Counted from the first letter of the stretch, positions 42,501 to 54,118 are shown. The stretch is DNA of 64,000 bases from Antedon mediterranea (GCF_964355755.1 NC_092676.1:9339888-9403887), one strand, 5' to 3'. Notes: generated from the letters alone by a model not told the origin. A program made the numbers and translations.

Positions 42501-44005
42501 AAAGAAGGAGGTGTAAGACCATCCGCAGACAAAGAAGGGGTGTAAAACCATCCACACACATAGAAAGGGGTGTAATACCATCAACAGACAAAGAAAAGGG
42601 TTTAATACCATCAACAGACAAAAAAGGGGGTATAAGACCGTCCACAGACAAAGAAAGGGATTCAAGACCATCCACAGACAAAGAAGGGGGTATAAGACCA
42701 TCCACAGACAAAGAAGGGGGTGTAGGACTATCCACAGACAAAGAAGGGGGTGTAGGACCATCCACATACAAAGAAGGGAGTGTAGGACCATCCACAGACC
42801 TAGAAGGGGTGTAAGACCATCTACATACAAAGAAAGGGGTGTAAGACCATCCACAGACAAAGAAGCGGGTATAAGACCATCCACAGACAAAGAAGGGGGT
42901 TATAAGACCATCCACAGACAAAGAAGCGGGTATAAGACCATCCACAGACAAAGAAGCGGGTATAAGACTATCCACAGACAAGGAAGGGGGGTATAAGACC
43001 ATCCACAGACAAAGAATGGGGTATAAGACCATCTACAGACAAAGAAGGAGGGGTAGGACCATATTACCGAGGAAGCATAGGCCTACAAAAAGAAGATGCA
43101 ATAAAAATAGGCCTACCAGCCACTTGGAAAACAATAAATTGTAGAATAACTGAGGCTTGATTGTTGAAACATAAAGGGTTCTTTGTAAGGTCATTAATAA
43201 TATATTGATATAAACACGATCATCATACTATTCATTTGACATTCAAATACAGTCTATCTCGAAAAGAAGCTCATACTATCACCTTTTCGAGGTTTTACGG
43301 TATTCCATAACATGTATGTTATTTCCTCTGTCAAACTATTACAACTTTTGGCGAATCAGAAGGTGCCAACATCATTGAACTAATGGTACCACCAAGCACA
43401 ATGTTTACCAATTTTATGTACTATATACAATTTAAGTCCATTAATCATTTAATATAATTACGCCTATCAGGTCAAAGTTCAAAATTAGGTGCATTTAAGA
43501 CCACCAAAAACCACATACAGTATATTCACGTAATTAAAAATCAATAATTAAATGTCAAAGGTCATAAATTGTATTTCCGGTAATTTTATGTGAAAATGTT
43601 TCATTACTACAAATATAAATGTATTTATTCTGAACAAAATGACACCAAAATCGATTGAAAATGACCAGTAGTTACAGAGATATACAAATACGAGGTCAAA
43701 GGTCAAACTGAAAGAAACGTCATTTCCGGTCATTTTTGGACGAAAATTTTCATTAGAGCAAATAGAAATATATAGTTTGTGAACAATTTGAGACCAGAAT
43801 TAAGTCTCTAATGTGTATAGTTGCCAAGATATGAACGTTTTTTGTTTTTATGGTGGCCATTTTGAAATCAAGATGGCCGCCATACCGGACGTTGGACACT
43901 TGGCACCCCCCGATATTTTGAATCTATATACATTATAGAAACTTTGTGCCAAGTTTCATGCTTTGGTAATAAAATGCACAGCTCATGTCATTAACTGCTC
44001 TACTA
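39531..44005. mobile_element. Non-autonomous long-TIR DNA transposon (Academ-like) carrying a minisatellite
   Basis: ~500-bp inverted repeats at 39531-~40055 and ~43480-44005; termini TA(C/G)TAGAGCAGTTA...TAACTGCTCTACTA; flanking CAA 3-bp duplication. An alternative reading is GAG termini with a TACTA duplication. Confidence 0.72.
40820..43062. repeat. 30-bp minisatellite (agaccatccacagacaaagaagggggtgta), ~75 units
   Basis: Directly visible tandem array; diagnostic variants recur at an 806-bp offset. Confidence 0.97.
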
Positions 44006-44304
44006 CAAGTACACATTGTCTAAACGTAGCATAGCGCATGCGTATCATCTTAGATGTTGAGTCTTTGAAATTCTGAAATATGAATATTAAAACTGCCTGC
44101 GAGTGAGTAGCCAATGGCATGCGGCTGAAACTAGTCAACTGGATAATTTATGCACCAAGAATTCTTGGTGTCAAACCACGTGACTTATGCGTGTTTCCCC
44201 AGACGGAGTATCCAAACTCAAGTAATACATGTATGAAACGCCATGTGTGCAAAAATATTTATATTTTACTAATATTAAGACAAAACTCCGTCTGGAGCCC
44301 AGAC

Positions 44305-44737
44305 TAAGCCTTTGAGATGCCTTCTTGGAAATCATGAGAGAGTTTGACTCCCATTTTAATTTGTTGTCAATTATAGTACCTAAGTATTTGTATTGGGTTA
44401 CTCTTTCAACCTCGGTTTCTTTAATAGTTATTACATTATGTTCAACTGCGGTTTTACGAAAATCTATTATCATCTCTTTGGTTTTAGTAATATTAAGTAT
44501 TAAGTTCATATCCTCACACCAATTAACAAATCTTCCAACTTCATTAACAAATTCATATACATTATGCTTACTATCGCAAAGAAAACCACTAATTACAGTA
44601 TCGTCAGCGTATTTTACAATATTGCAATCTTTACTTAAAATATTAAAACTACTTGAATAAAAAGAGAACAAAATTGGAGAAATAACACATCCTTGAGGAG
44701 CTCCAACACTGATAGACGAAACATTGAAGAATGGCAC
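44305..44737 (-). mobile_element. Rex1/Babar-like RT fragment
   Basis: [43 protein letters not shown]. Confidence 0.85.
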
Positions 44738-45215
44738 TTTATCATTACACCGGTTTAATTTGCAATCTAGCAGCTGAATGGACTACGTACCGTAACGTTT
44801 ATTTACGTATGCAGCACTTCTAATCCCCCCGTTTTAACACATAGGAATGTATAATTAATTTAAATATTAAAAAAAACACACAATAATTTAAGAAAATAAT
44901 AAATACGATTGGTAAAGTTAAAGTATATTTATAAAAATAAACACAATTAGTAATATAATGTCATTGAAAGTATCAATACCAGTTTTTATACATCGACTGA
45001 CAGGAGGTATACAATTATATTTGATTTAGCAGCTAGTACTGCAGTGCTATATTGTAAGTGTAACGACCTATTGAGCTTTCTCTAACACTTGTAATACCAT
45101 TTTAATCATTCAACAGGAGAATTGTATTTAGGTATGTTAGTTTAATCAAGAATGTAAATAGAAAGTCAGCTTGTTTTAAAACGGTTAACGGCCTTCTACT
45201 AATTATATATTTAAA

Positions 45216-45303
45216 ATGTCTTGTGAACACCGCATGGACCGTCTCGTCGTGTGTATAAGCGCTTCTTCGTCATCGATGCTCTGGTCTAAGTGGCTTGATG
45301 GAA
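45216..45303 (-). pseudogene. Inverted ADAMTS prodomain exon remnant
   Basis: Reverse complement catcaagccacttagaccagagcatcgatgacgaagaagcgc..acgagacggtccatgcggtgttcacaagac aligns to gene B exon sequence 59704-59790; contains an in-frame TGA. Confidence 0.8.
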
Positions 45304-46272
45304 TTCAAAGCTTAATGTATTCCACCTTTCATTTATTTTCTTTTATTTATACACATATAAGTTATAAACATTTTAAACATAATATATCATGGGAAGGGCT
45401 AAAAAAGCACCTAAATCTGATTACAGATTAGTCGATTGAAAGATTCAGTTTAAAAACAAGACTTAGATAAAACTTTATAAATAACCAAATATACTGAAAA
45501 TGTAGTTCCATACAATTATACCTGAATAATCATTGATTGATAGTAAAAATAGAACAAGATGACGTAAAAGTTACAGATTCAGACGATAACCATCATAGCA
45601 GACTGTTGTATGACGTCAGTAGAATACAATACATCACAATAGTGTCTGTATTAGGAACATCAATATAAAGTAGATCTTATAGGCTTCAACTGAAGTATGT
45701 CGAGGAGTTTCTGCGTGAAGTAGCGTTTTTAGCGTTACATTTACATATTGGCAATGGACAATGCTGTAATACCAAAGGACATGATACATCTGAATGCCTT
45801 TTTACCTAATGTTGTTCCACTACTTTCTTTAGATGTTCTCCAGCCATTGTTACAAGATAACCTACAGGTAAGCATGTGGTACATATAGGGACTATACTAT
45901 ACCATTTATAAGTCGTGGTAGAAGACTTAGTACCCACTCCATAACTAAAACTTACTCTTTAAGAACATGTTTGTATTCCCATATTTGAAAAATTCCATTT
46001 CTTCTTGTCATTTGTTAAATGCAATCAATAGATTTCAATTGAAGTTTGTCCTAACACAATTCTAATTTTAAAGAATATATGAACGTACGTACAATTTGAA
46101 GCGACATTTACTAATACTACATAACCTATTGTATGGAGCACAAAAACAAAATGGAGATATCTGCGCAAAGACCTCTGTAGTATTATGAGGTTAATTAAGA
46201 AAATATAAATATTACAAAATGATGGTACTAAAACAGTTTATCAGTTTATCCATATTCATTCGTTGTTTTTAG

Positions 46273-48046
46273 GTTAAACTTGGAAAGGGTGCATTTGGTG
46301 AAGTATTGCTCTGTCGTCTTGGTGGAGAAAATGGTGAACTTGTCGCTGTGAAAAGGTGCTTATTAGCTGACAATGACAAGATACCAATAAGCTTCAAGTA
46401 AGCATTGAAGCAAGAACTCAGATGATGTTGTCTGCTGAGATATGCGACGTGTTCCCGCGTGTTTATGGTACCTGCACATACGGCACGAGGGATGGGATCA
46501 TAATGAAATTTATTGGGGATTGATCAACATTCGAAACTGTAACGTTATACGATGTTATTACCAAGAACATGGTTTATCTATCTTTAACTGATGGATTTCA
46601 CTGCGCACTAGATATTGTAATTGGAATCAAATCAAATCTATGCAGACATTTGGTTTGATTCACAACGATCTAGCAAGCAGAAATATACTTCTACATAAAG
46701 TCGATCACCACTGGGCAGCAAAGATTACGGACTTTGTCTGTGTGTGTTCATCGGCCGTTCCTTACGACGTACAATTGAATGACACACCAGCAGACGAAAG
46801 AATGTGGCGGATTATCAAATACCGCGAATACGCCCCGGAACGATTTTATCCGGAGTCGCATTTGCGTCAGATATTTACAGCCTAGGAATCACGATTGTCA
46901 ACATTGCTGATCATGTCAACTCCAACTTTCTACGCGTATCCGGATATTCACCCCCTGGACATTTACCTCCGGAAAACTACCCCCCGGACAACCACAACCT
47001 GGACAACTACCCCCTTAGGACAACTACCCCTTTAGAACAACTAACCCCCGGACAACTACCCCCTTAGGACAACAACCCCCTTAGGACAACTACCCCCTGG
47101 ACAACTACCCCCCGGACAATTACCCCCGGACAATTACCCCCCCCCCCCGGGTAATTACCCCTCGGACAACTACCTCTGACACAATACTCCCCGTAGGACA
47201 ACTACCTCCTGAACCTGGACAATACTCCGAGGGCAAATAATCTTTTAGGACAACTACCTCCGTAGGACAACTAACCCCTGGACAACTAACCCCTGGACAA
47301 CTATCCCCCAGACAATTACCCCCTATGAACAATTACCCCCTGACAATTACCCCCGGACAATTACCCCCCCCCCCCCTCCCGGGTAATTACCCCGCGGACA
47401 ACTACCTCTGACACAATACTCCCGTAGGACAACTACCTCCTGGACCTGGACAGTACTCTGAGGGCAAATAATCTTTTAGGACAACTACCTCCGAAGGACA
47501 ACTAACCCCTGGACAACTACCACCCAGACAACTATCCCTTTAGAACAACTACTCCCCGGACGGACAACTACCACCCAGACCATTCAACAACTTGACTCTG
47601 CATCAGTGTATAATAGGAATTAATAACTATATTTTAATTCGTTACTTTGTCGAATTACTATTCATTATTGTAAACAAAAGTAAAAGATTGAACATAAATA
47701 TAGTCCTAAGGGAGGTGGTAGTTGTCCGGGGGGTAGTTGACCGCGGGGTAGTTACCCGGGGGTAGTTGTCCGGGGGTAGTTGTCCGGGGGTTGTTATCCG
47801 GGGGTTGTTATCCTAAGGGGGTAGTTGTCCTAAGGGGGTAGTTGTCCGGGGAGTAGTTGTCCGGGGGGTAGTTGTCCTAAGGGTGTAGTTGTCCGGGTGG
47901 TAAATATCCGGGGGTAACTGTCTAGGGGGTAAGTGTCCGAGAACCTTTTTTACGATGTGTTGGTAAATTATGCTCGAGTACGGATCCGAAAGACAGATTA
48001 AGAATTGAGTATATAAAAGAGAGGTTGTTATCAGGAATCAATTGAG
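46273..48046 (+). pseudogene. Protein kinase pseudogene (TK/TKL-like catalytic domain) split by a foldback element
   Basis: KLGKGAFGEV, VAVKR, IHNDLASRNILL, KITDF, YAPE, SDIYSLG before the insertion; FLRCVGKLCSSTDPKDR after it; several frameshifts and stops. Confidence 0.8.
46935..47945. mobile_element. Foldback/Mutator-like element with TIRs built of ggacaactacccc repeats
   Basis: Left arm (ggacaactacccc)n at 46935-47590, right arm (ggggtagttgtcc)n at 47700-47945; degenerate 8-9-bp TSD tttctacg/tttttacg. Confidence 0.75.
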
Positions 48047-48319
48047 TCTTTTGTTTTGAAAATGTATAACGTTCAAATAATAAAAAAATATAAAGTTACT
48101 GCAAACATGATTTTAAACAACAAAAATAGCAATTTCGCAACGGCTCTGGTTGTGCACTCCATGCACGCTCTACGCGTGCGCGTTTAGTTTGTACAGCGAT
48201 TCTCTATAGTCCATGGGATTTAGACTTTTAACTCACACAAATTGCAAGAAAAGGTTTTTTTGATGAAATGTGTTCTTTAGACAGTACTGAACACATTTAT
48301 CAACGTTAGGACATTTTTC

Positions 48320-48960
48320 GACAACAGGAAGTAGCCTAATTTGCATAATTAAAAATGGCCGCCATTTTTAATAACGTACTCTGTATCTTGGAAACCGCTA
48401 GTCACAGATATTTAATTATGGTGTCAAAATCGTTAGAATATATGTTTTTATATTCACTTTAATGAAAAAGTTTGTCCAAAAATGAATGGAAGTGCTATTT
48501 CTAACATTATTGACCTTTGACCTTGATTTATTATATCTCAGCAACCAGTAATCGGAGATATACAAATTAGGGCTTAAATTGTTCAAAAACTACACATTTA
48601 TATCCAGTCTAATGGCATGTTTTTGCAAAAAATGACGGATTCTAAAATTATTGATATTTGACCTTGATTTTTCATATCTTAGCAACCACTAATCTGAGAG
48701 ACACACAATATGGCTCAAACTGTTCAGAAACTACATATTTATATTTAGTCTAATGGCATGTTTTTGCAAAAAATGGCAGATTATAACATTATTGACCTTT
48801 GAACTTTGCACTACATAAAATCGCATAACTTTGAAAATATAGTACATATGAAATTATTTTTAGTGTCAAATTATTCAGAACATACATGTTTCTATAGAGT
48901 CCAATGACACATTATGTCCAATAATGACCTATTGTATGGTTATTAACATTTGAACTATAT
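48320..48960. repeat. ~141-bp tandem units with tgacctttgacc motif; solo arm related to the 39531-44005 TIR type
   Basis: aaaatggccgccatttt palindrome, followed by units at ~48510, ~48651 and ~48792. Confidence 0.55.
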
Positions 48961-49255
48961 TTGAAAAAGATTTGGATGGAATGGAATATATATTTGGATG
49001 AAGTGTAAAATCATTGTATTGATCATTTGAGAATGAAATGAATAAAATAGTGGTTAACGCCACAAAAGAGAAAAAAAAATAATAATAGTCCTATACGGAT
49101 ATTGTAATCGTTGTTAAGGTGTGAATATAAAATTTATAATAGTTTCCGCTTTATATTTACGGCGCGCCAAAACACGTACCTATATCCAGGAGCGACTTCT
49201 TTTGTTCTTGAACCTTACCTTTTGTCTATGTTTCTCCATATTTCACTTATATATA

Positions 49256-49317
49256 TCTAATGGTTAGGACTTCTGCATGTCAAGAAGGCGGTTCGAGTTC
49301 GAGTCTCGGTTGGGGCG
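49256..49317 (+). pseudogene. 5'-truncated tRNA-Asp(GTC)-like sequence, repeat unit 1
   Basis: tctaatggttaggac ttctgc atGTCaa gaagg cggttcgagttcgagtctcggttggggcg followed by a T-run; duplicate of 49617-49688. Confidence 0.55.
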
Positions 49318-49616
49318 CCTTTTTCTCATTCTCACAGATTTCCTCATCTTTATCGTCGTTTCAAATTAATTAATTAAATATCAGTATATATCACCGGGCA
49401 CTTTAGAATTTTAATGTTCTTTGCTTGATTTGTTTATATGTATAAAAGTATCTCTTCGGAGATCCCGCCTCGTGAATAAAAATAGTAAAAGATGAGGGCA
49501 TATCAATTTGATCTCTGGTGCACGTGCGTACAACTGAGGACTAGTGCTGTTCCGCCGTACCACGCCGAGAATGTTAAAGAGTCGCTATCCAATCGAGTTT
49601 GATCAATACCATGAAA

Positions 49617-49688
49617 GCCCCAGTGGTCTAATGGCTAGGACATCTGCATATCAAGCAGGCGGTCCGAGTCCAAGTCTCGGTTGGGGTG
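49617..49688 (+). tRNA. tRNA-Asp-like cloverleaf (anticodon ATC; likely pseudogene or repeat-borne)
   Basis: GCCCCAG/TTGGGGT acceptor stem, TCTGC-ATATCAA-GCAGG anticodon arm, CCGAG-TCCAAGT-CTCGG T arm, then acTTTTT; B box mutated. Confidence 0.55.
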
Positions 49689-49870
49689 ACTTTTTCTCAT
49701 TCTCACAGATTTCCTCATCTTTATCGGTTCAAATTAATTAATAACATTTCAGTATATCACCGGGCGGTTTAGAATTAATGTTAATAATTGACTACATAAA
49801 TCATCGTGTCTATTCAATCGTCATCATCAACAGATGACGTCAAGAATGACCAAGCTGCATTAACACTCCG

Positions 49871-49915
49871 CAGTCAGTTGAGAAGGATCTCTGATAGAGA
49901 TCGAAACGTTCGAGT
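49871..49915 (+). ncRNA. Candidate minimal hammerhead ribozyme motif (U3-A8 variant) in the 5' pLTR
   Basis: UUGAGAA core, 7-bp stem II gatctct/agagatc, GAAA, palindromic AACGTT stem III; stem I pairs poorly. Confidence 0.5.
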
Positions 49916-49980
49916 AAGTACTCCGTTAACTTGTGCTTTTACAAAAACAAAATTTGTCATCTATACAAAATCGAAGCTAA

Positions 49981-52553
49981 ATGAAATTCTTTCAAGATTT
50001 AAGAGAAAAATATGGTCAAGAAACCATCAACATCGTACGCAAACAGGAAAATATCGCGAAGAAAATTTCACGGCAGAGAAATCACCGGGTATTCTCCCTT
50101 CATTGTAAGCGGTTGGACATTACCCCTCCGAGCCTGAAATTATATCGACCGATCAAATCGTCTAAAGCAGAGGAAATAATAAAACATGCAGAAAGACAGC
50201 TTTTACGCGAGAGAATAAGAATCACCACCAACAAAATCACACAGTTAGAAGGCAAAAAGAAAGATTTAAATGAGGAAATCGTATCGCTAATTCCCAACGG
50301 AGGGGACATCACCAATGTATGTAATCACGTAAACAAAGTGTGTGAAGCGGAATTCTTAAAATGCCGATCACGACAACAAAACACTGTTGTGGTGGAAAAA
50401 CAAAGCAGAAAACGCAGCTAGAGATTTACATCAAGAACAGGATTTATCCGGTAAGATCTTAAGAGAAAAATGGGTGGTAAATCTGTCTAGTAAGTTGGTT
50501 AGTGAGGACGAAATATCAGCATTACAAAGGGGATTGAACTATGCGGCGAGCCCACGATCCATGCCCATTGACGATCTCATAGTAGCGGCTGAAAAAGCGG
50601 CTGATCTCGTCCCCCTGGAAGAACAAGACACCGTTCGCAGTAAAATTGTAGCTATTGTAAAATCTACCACTCTACCACCTTCAAAATTAACCCCCAAAGA
50701 ACGAAAGGCCATAAACAACTTGAAGAAAGATAAATCTATTCTTATTCTCCCAGCGGATAAAGGTAGATCTACTGTCATCCTAAATACTAATGATTACAAA
50801 GATAAAGTGGGAACCATGGTGAGCGACACTAATGTTTACGAACTGCTAAAACGTAATCCAACACAAAACTATAAACGAAAAGTGGTCAACATCATAGGCA
50901 GGTTGTTCAAAGAAAAGAAAATCAACTACAGAGAGAAAAAAATGGCTGTTTCCCACGGCTGAAATTGTACCTAGGTTGTATTGTCTTCCGAAGATACATA
51001 AACCAAATTGGCCATTAAGACCTATAGTAGATAACATCAACACCGTTTTTTACACCGTTGCACAATTCCTCACCAAAATCCTGGGACCGCTTGTCGGAAA
51101 CACAGAACATCATGTAACTTACTCAGGAGAGTTGGCGAGTGAACTAAAAGAAATAATAGTCAAACCAAGTGAAACATTTGTCTCGTTTGACGTAGTATCT
51201 CTGTTTACAAAAACACCAGTAGAAGAGGCCCTCAAAGTTGTCGAAAATCGCCTAACAACAGATCCGACACTTCTGGATAGAACTAAACTACATGTGACAG
51301 ACATAATGGAGCTCCTCGGTTTAATTGTGAACAAAACCTATTTCTCGTTCAATGGTAACATTTATAGGCAAATACAAGGCATTGCTATGGGAAGCCCAAT
51401 AAGTCCTATATTGGCGAACTTGTATCTAGAGTGGCTCGAACATCAAGCCATAAACACGGCACCCACTAACATCAAGCCTGTGTATTGGAAACGATACGTT
51501 GATGATGTATTAGCTATCATCCCCATAGGTACAGTACATACATTTAACACACATCTTAATAACATCGATATAACTGACAATATCAAGTTCACCACAGAAT
51601 CGATGACAAACAACACAATACCTTTCCTGGACATGCTCATCACACTCAATGACAATAGAACAGTTACCACCTCAGTCTATCGGAAGCCCACTCACACAGA
51701 CCAATATTTACATTTCAACTCACATCATCCACTCGAACACAAACTGGGGCTTATAAACACACTTGTGGACAGAGCTGAGAAGGTAGTGGGAGATATGGAT
51801 TTGAGGAAAGTTGAGATGGATAACATCAAGAAAGCGTTACACAACTGCCAGTATCCAGAGTGGTCCTTCCAGAGAGTTATGGAAAACCGAAAAAGAAAAA
51901 AGAACAAAGGACACGAACCACAGAAGGAAAAGATCAAGATGCGAGGTAGCATAGGAATACCCTATGTAAAAGGAATGGCAGAAAGAATACGACGCACTCT
52001 CTCCTATCACAATGTCGGAACCTATTTCCTACCCCAAAATAAAATCAAGAATAGCCTCGTCAACCCAAAAGATAAAATCGAGAAGTTGGATACATGTGGA
52101 GTAATCTACGAAGTCACCTGCCGCAACTGTCCACAAGTTTACATTGGGGAAACAGGGAGGGCATTACAAACACGAATTAATGATCACAAAAAAGATGTTA
52201 CAACAAACACGGGGGGAGTAATGACTAGGGCCTCCAGAACATCCACATTTTCGATCATACACAAATCTGCCATTACAGAACATGTCATAAAACACAATCA
52301 TGTACCGAACTGGGAGGCTACCATCTTAACCAAAGAGCCTAAACGCAAAGACAGACAGATTAGAGAATCATTACATATAAGGAGAAATAAAGAGAAGACC
52401 ATGAACCGGGACACTGGAGCCCACGAACTCTCGCATTTGTACAATGATTTGATAGACACATCACCTGGCCGAACCCCGCACAACCTCCAACATACAACCG
52501 GAGGCGTACGACGTCATCAACAGATGACGTCAAGAATGACCAAGCTGCATTAA
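49981..52553 (+). CDS. Penelope ORF (frameshifted): N-terminal domain, RT, GIY-YIG endonuclease
   Basis: WVVNLS, ILPADKG, PKIHK..PLRPIV, SFDVVSLFT, GIAMGSPISP, RYVDD, IPFLD, VYRKPTHT, GVIYEVTCRNCPQVYIGETGR, SAITEH. Confidence 0.9.
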
Positions 52554-52560
52554 CACTCCG

Positions 52561-52605
52561 CAGTCAGTTGAGAAGGATCTCTGATAGAGATCGAAACGTT
52601 CGAGT
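52561..52605 (+). ncRNA. Second copy of the candidate hammerhead motif in the 3' pLTR
   Basis: Identical to 49871-49915. Confidence 0.5.
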
Positions 52606-52869
52606 AAGTACTCCGTTAACTTGTGCTTTTACAAAAACGAAATTTGTCATCTATAATAATTGTCTTATTACATGTAGAGTTTAAAATACAGAATGAAAGG
52701 AGTCGAACATCAAGGAAAACATGTAAAACATGGAATAACGTAGGCCTACCCTCTGAAATTAAACATTTCCCAAAAATGCCTTCATTTAAAGGTTTATATC
52801 GATCTCATTTATTTTCACAAAAGTAAAACCTTTCCCCACAATTTATTTTGTATTTAAGACAGTACCTCA

Positions 52870-53740
52870 ATGTAAAATAGGTTTATCTTTTACCTGATTG
52901 TGTAATCCTCGATAAATATATCAAAAACTCAGATATCTGAGTTTTCTAGATCTAGAAAACTCAAATACTTGACTTTTCTAGATCTAGAAAACTCAGATGT
53001 CAATATTTCTAGAATGGATCTAGAAAAATCAGATTGGTTTGTAGGTCATTTGGATCATTCCAATATTAATCAGAATGTAGGTCAATTGAAATACTAGAGG
53101 GTGTTATTGAAACTGATTACTGTGTACGTTTTCTTACTAATATTGTAGTAGCGGCCTACGGCTTAAATCATTAAAAAAAATACAGTGCACGTTACCGTTA
53201 AAATGTAGGCTTAAAATTAGGTATGTACGAGTTGGTGTGGGTACGATTTATTTGAGAAACGAGTTAGCCAAGTTGGGAATAGGTACAAGTTATTTTGGGT
53301 ACGATTTGACCACTTCTAGCCTAGTACCCGGGCCAGGCCTACTCTTCGCGATACATCGCGATAGCGGCCACACGTTGAGCCTTGAATTGAGTTTGCTTAG
53401 CTAGGCTAGGCCTAAATGTTAAGCCTACATTTTAAAAGGTGTATACTGTATTTCTTTATGATTTAACATAGGCCTCTACTACAAGTTACAATAATTATTA
53501 TTATTAGTAAGAAAACGTATAATACTTTAGTATTTCAAACAAGCTACCCTCTGATAATAATAGAACGATCCATTTGATGATCTGGGTTTTCTAGTTCCAA
53601 AATAAAAACTCAGATCTTGATATCTGAATTTTCTAGATCTAGAAAACTCAGATATATCTGAGATCTGAGTTTTCTAGATCTGAATTTTCTATACACTCAT
53701 AATGAACACATGAGTAGAAATAAAATAAAATCCTATTTCC
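52870..53740. mobile_element. Degenerate foldback element with palindromic tctagatctaga/ctcagatatctgag repeats
   Basis: Inverted arms ~52870-53218 and ~53415-53740 (e.g. ttttcttactaat..aaaatgtaggcttaa vs ttaagcctacatttt..attagtaagaaaa). Confidence 0.6.
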
Positions 53741-53968
53741 TACCCGGTTTATGCATTACGTTATTCACAGATATTAATCAAGCATAACGGATGTAAATAG
53801 CGCCACCAAATTACTCTATTACATAATATGATGTTTTTCTCGTCAAATTAAATTAAGCTCAATTCCTACATTTTGTTATTCTATTCCTTGAAAACATACT
53901 TTGTATTTGGGGGTAAGCCTAGATTGTCCAAGTACCACCAGTTTCCCTGGAATAATTTTTTATTTTAG

Positions 53969-54118
53969 TTGACAGATGAAGAAACAGGAACCGATGCCAT
54001 CCTTTGTGGTCCCCGGAAGCCTTTCCATTGGAACTAGAATTTTATACCAACCAAGTCACAAATAAAAAGGGACTCCAAGCGGACTATGAGAGTATAGAGG
54101 CAGACACAAACAATTATG
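53969..54118 (+). pseudogene. ADAMTS pseudogene CUB1 C-half exon
   Basis: Aligns to 35401-35572 with the same splice sites (tattttag| ... |gttagt); 22-bp deletion gives LTDEETGTDAILCGPRKPFHWN*. Confidence 0.88.

Larger units (their letters stand above)
49824..52655 (+). mobile_element. Penelope-like element (RT + GIY-YIG) with direct pseudo-LTRs
   Basis: 142-bp direct repeats at 49824-49965 and 52514-52655 (1 mismatch); ORF 49981-52553 broken by two frameshifts. Confidence 0.93.

Noticed and set aside
40807-43032. Long Cys/Trp/Pro-rich ORFs (up to 371 aa) on the minus strand
   Set aside because: Translations of the 30-bp minisatellite, open in several frames at once; no splice or domain evidence.
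40820-43062. Possible CRISPR-like array
   Set aside because: Monomers abut directly with no unique spacers; eukaryotic context, no cas genes.
38287-44737. Two Rex1/Babar fragments as one element split by the Academ-like insertion
   Set aside because: They overlap at the K.SQRL motif with different sequences and are separated by additional unrelated DNA; a single origin cannot be supported.
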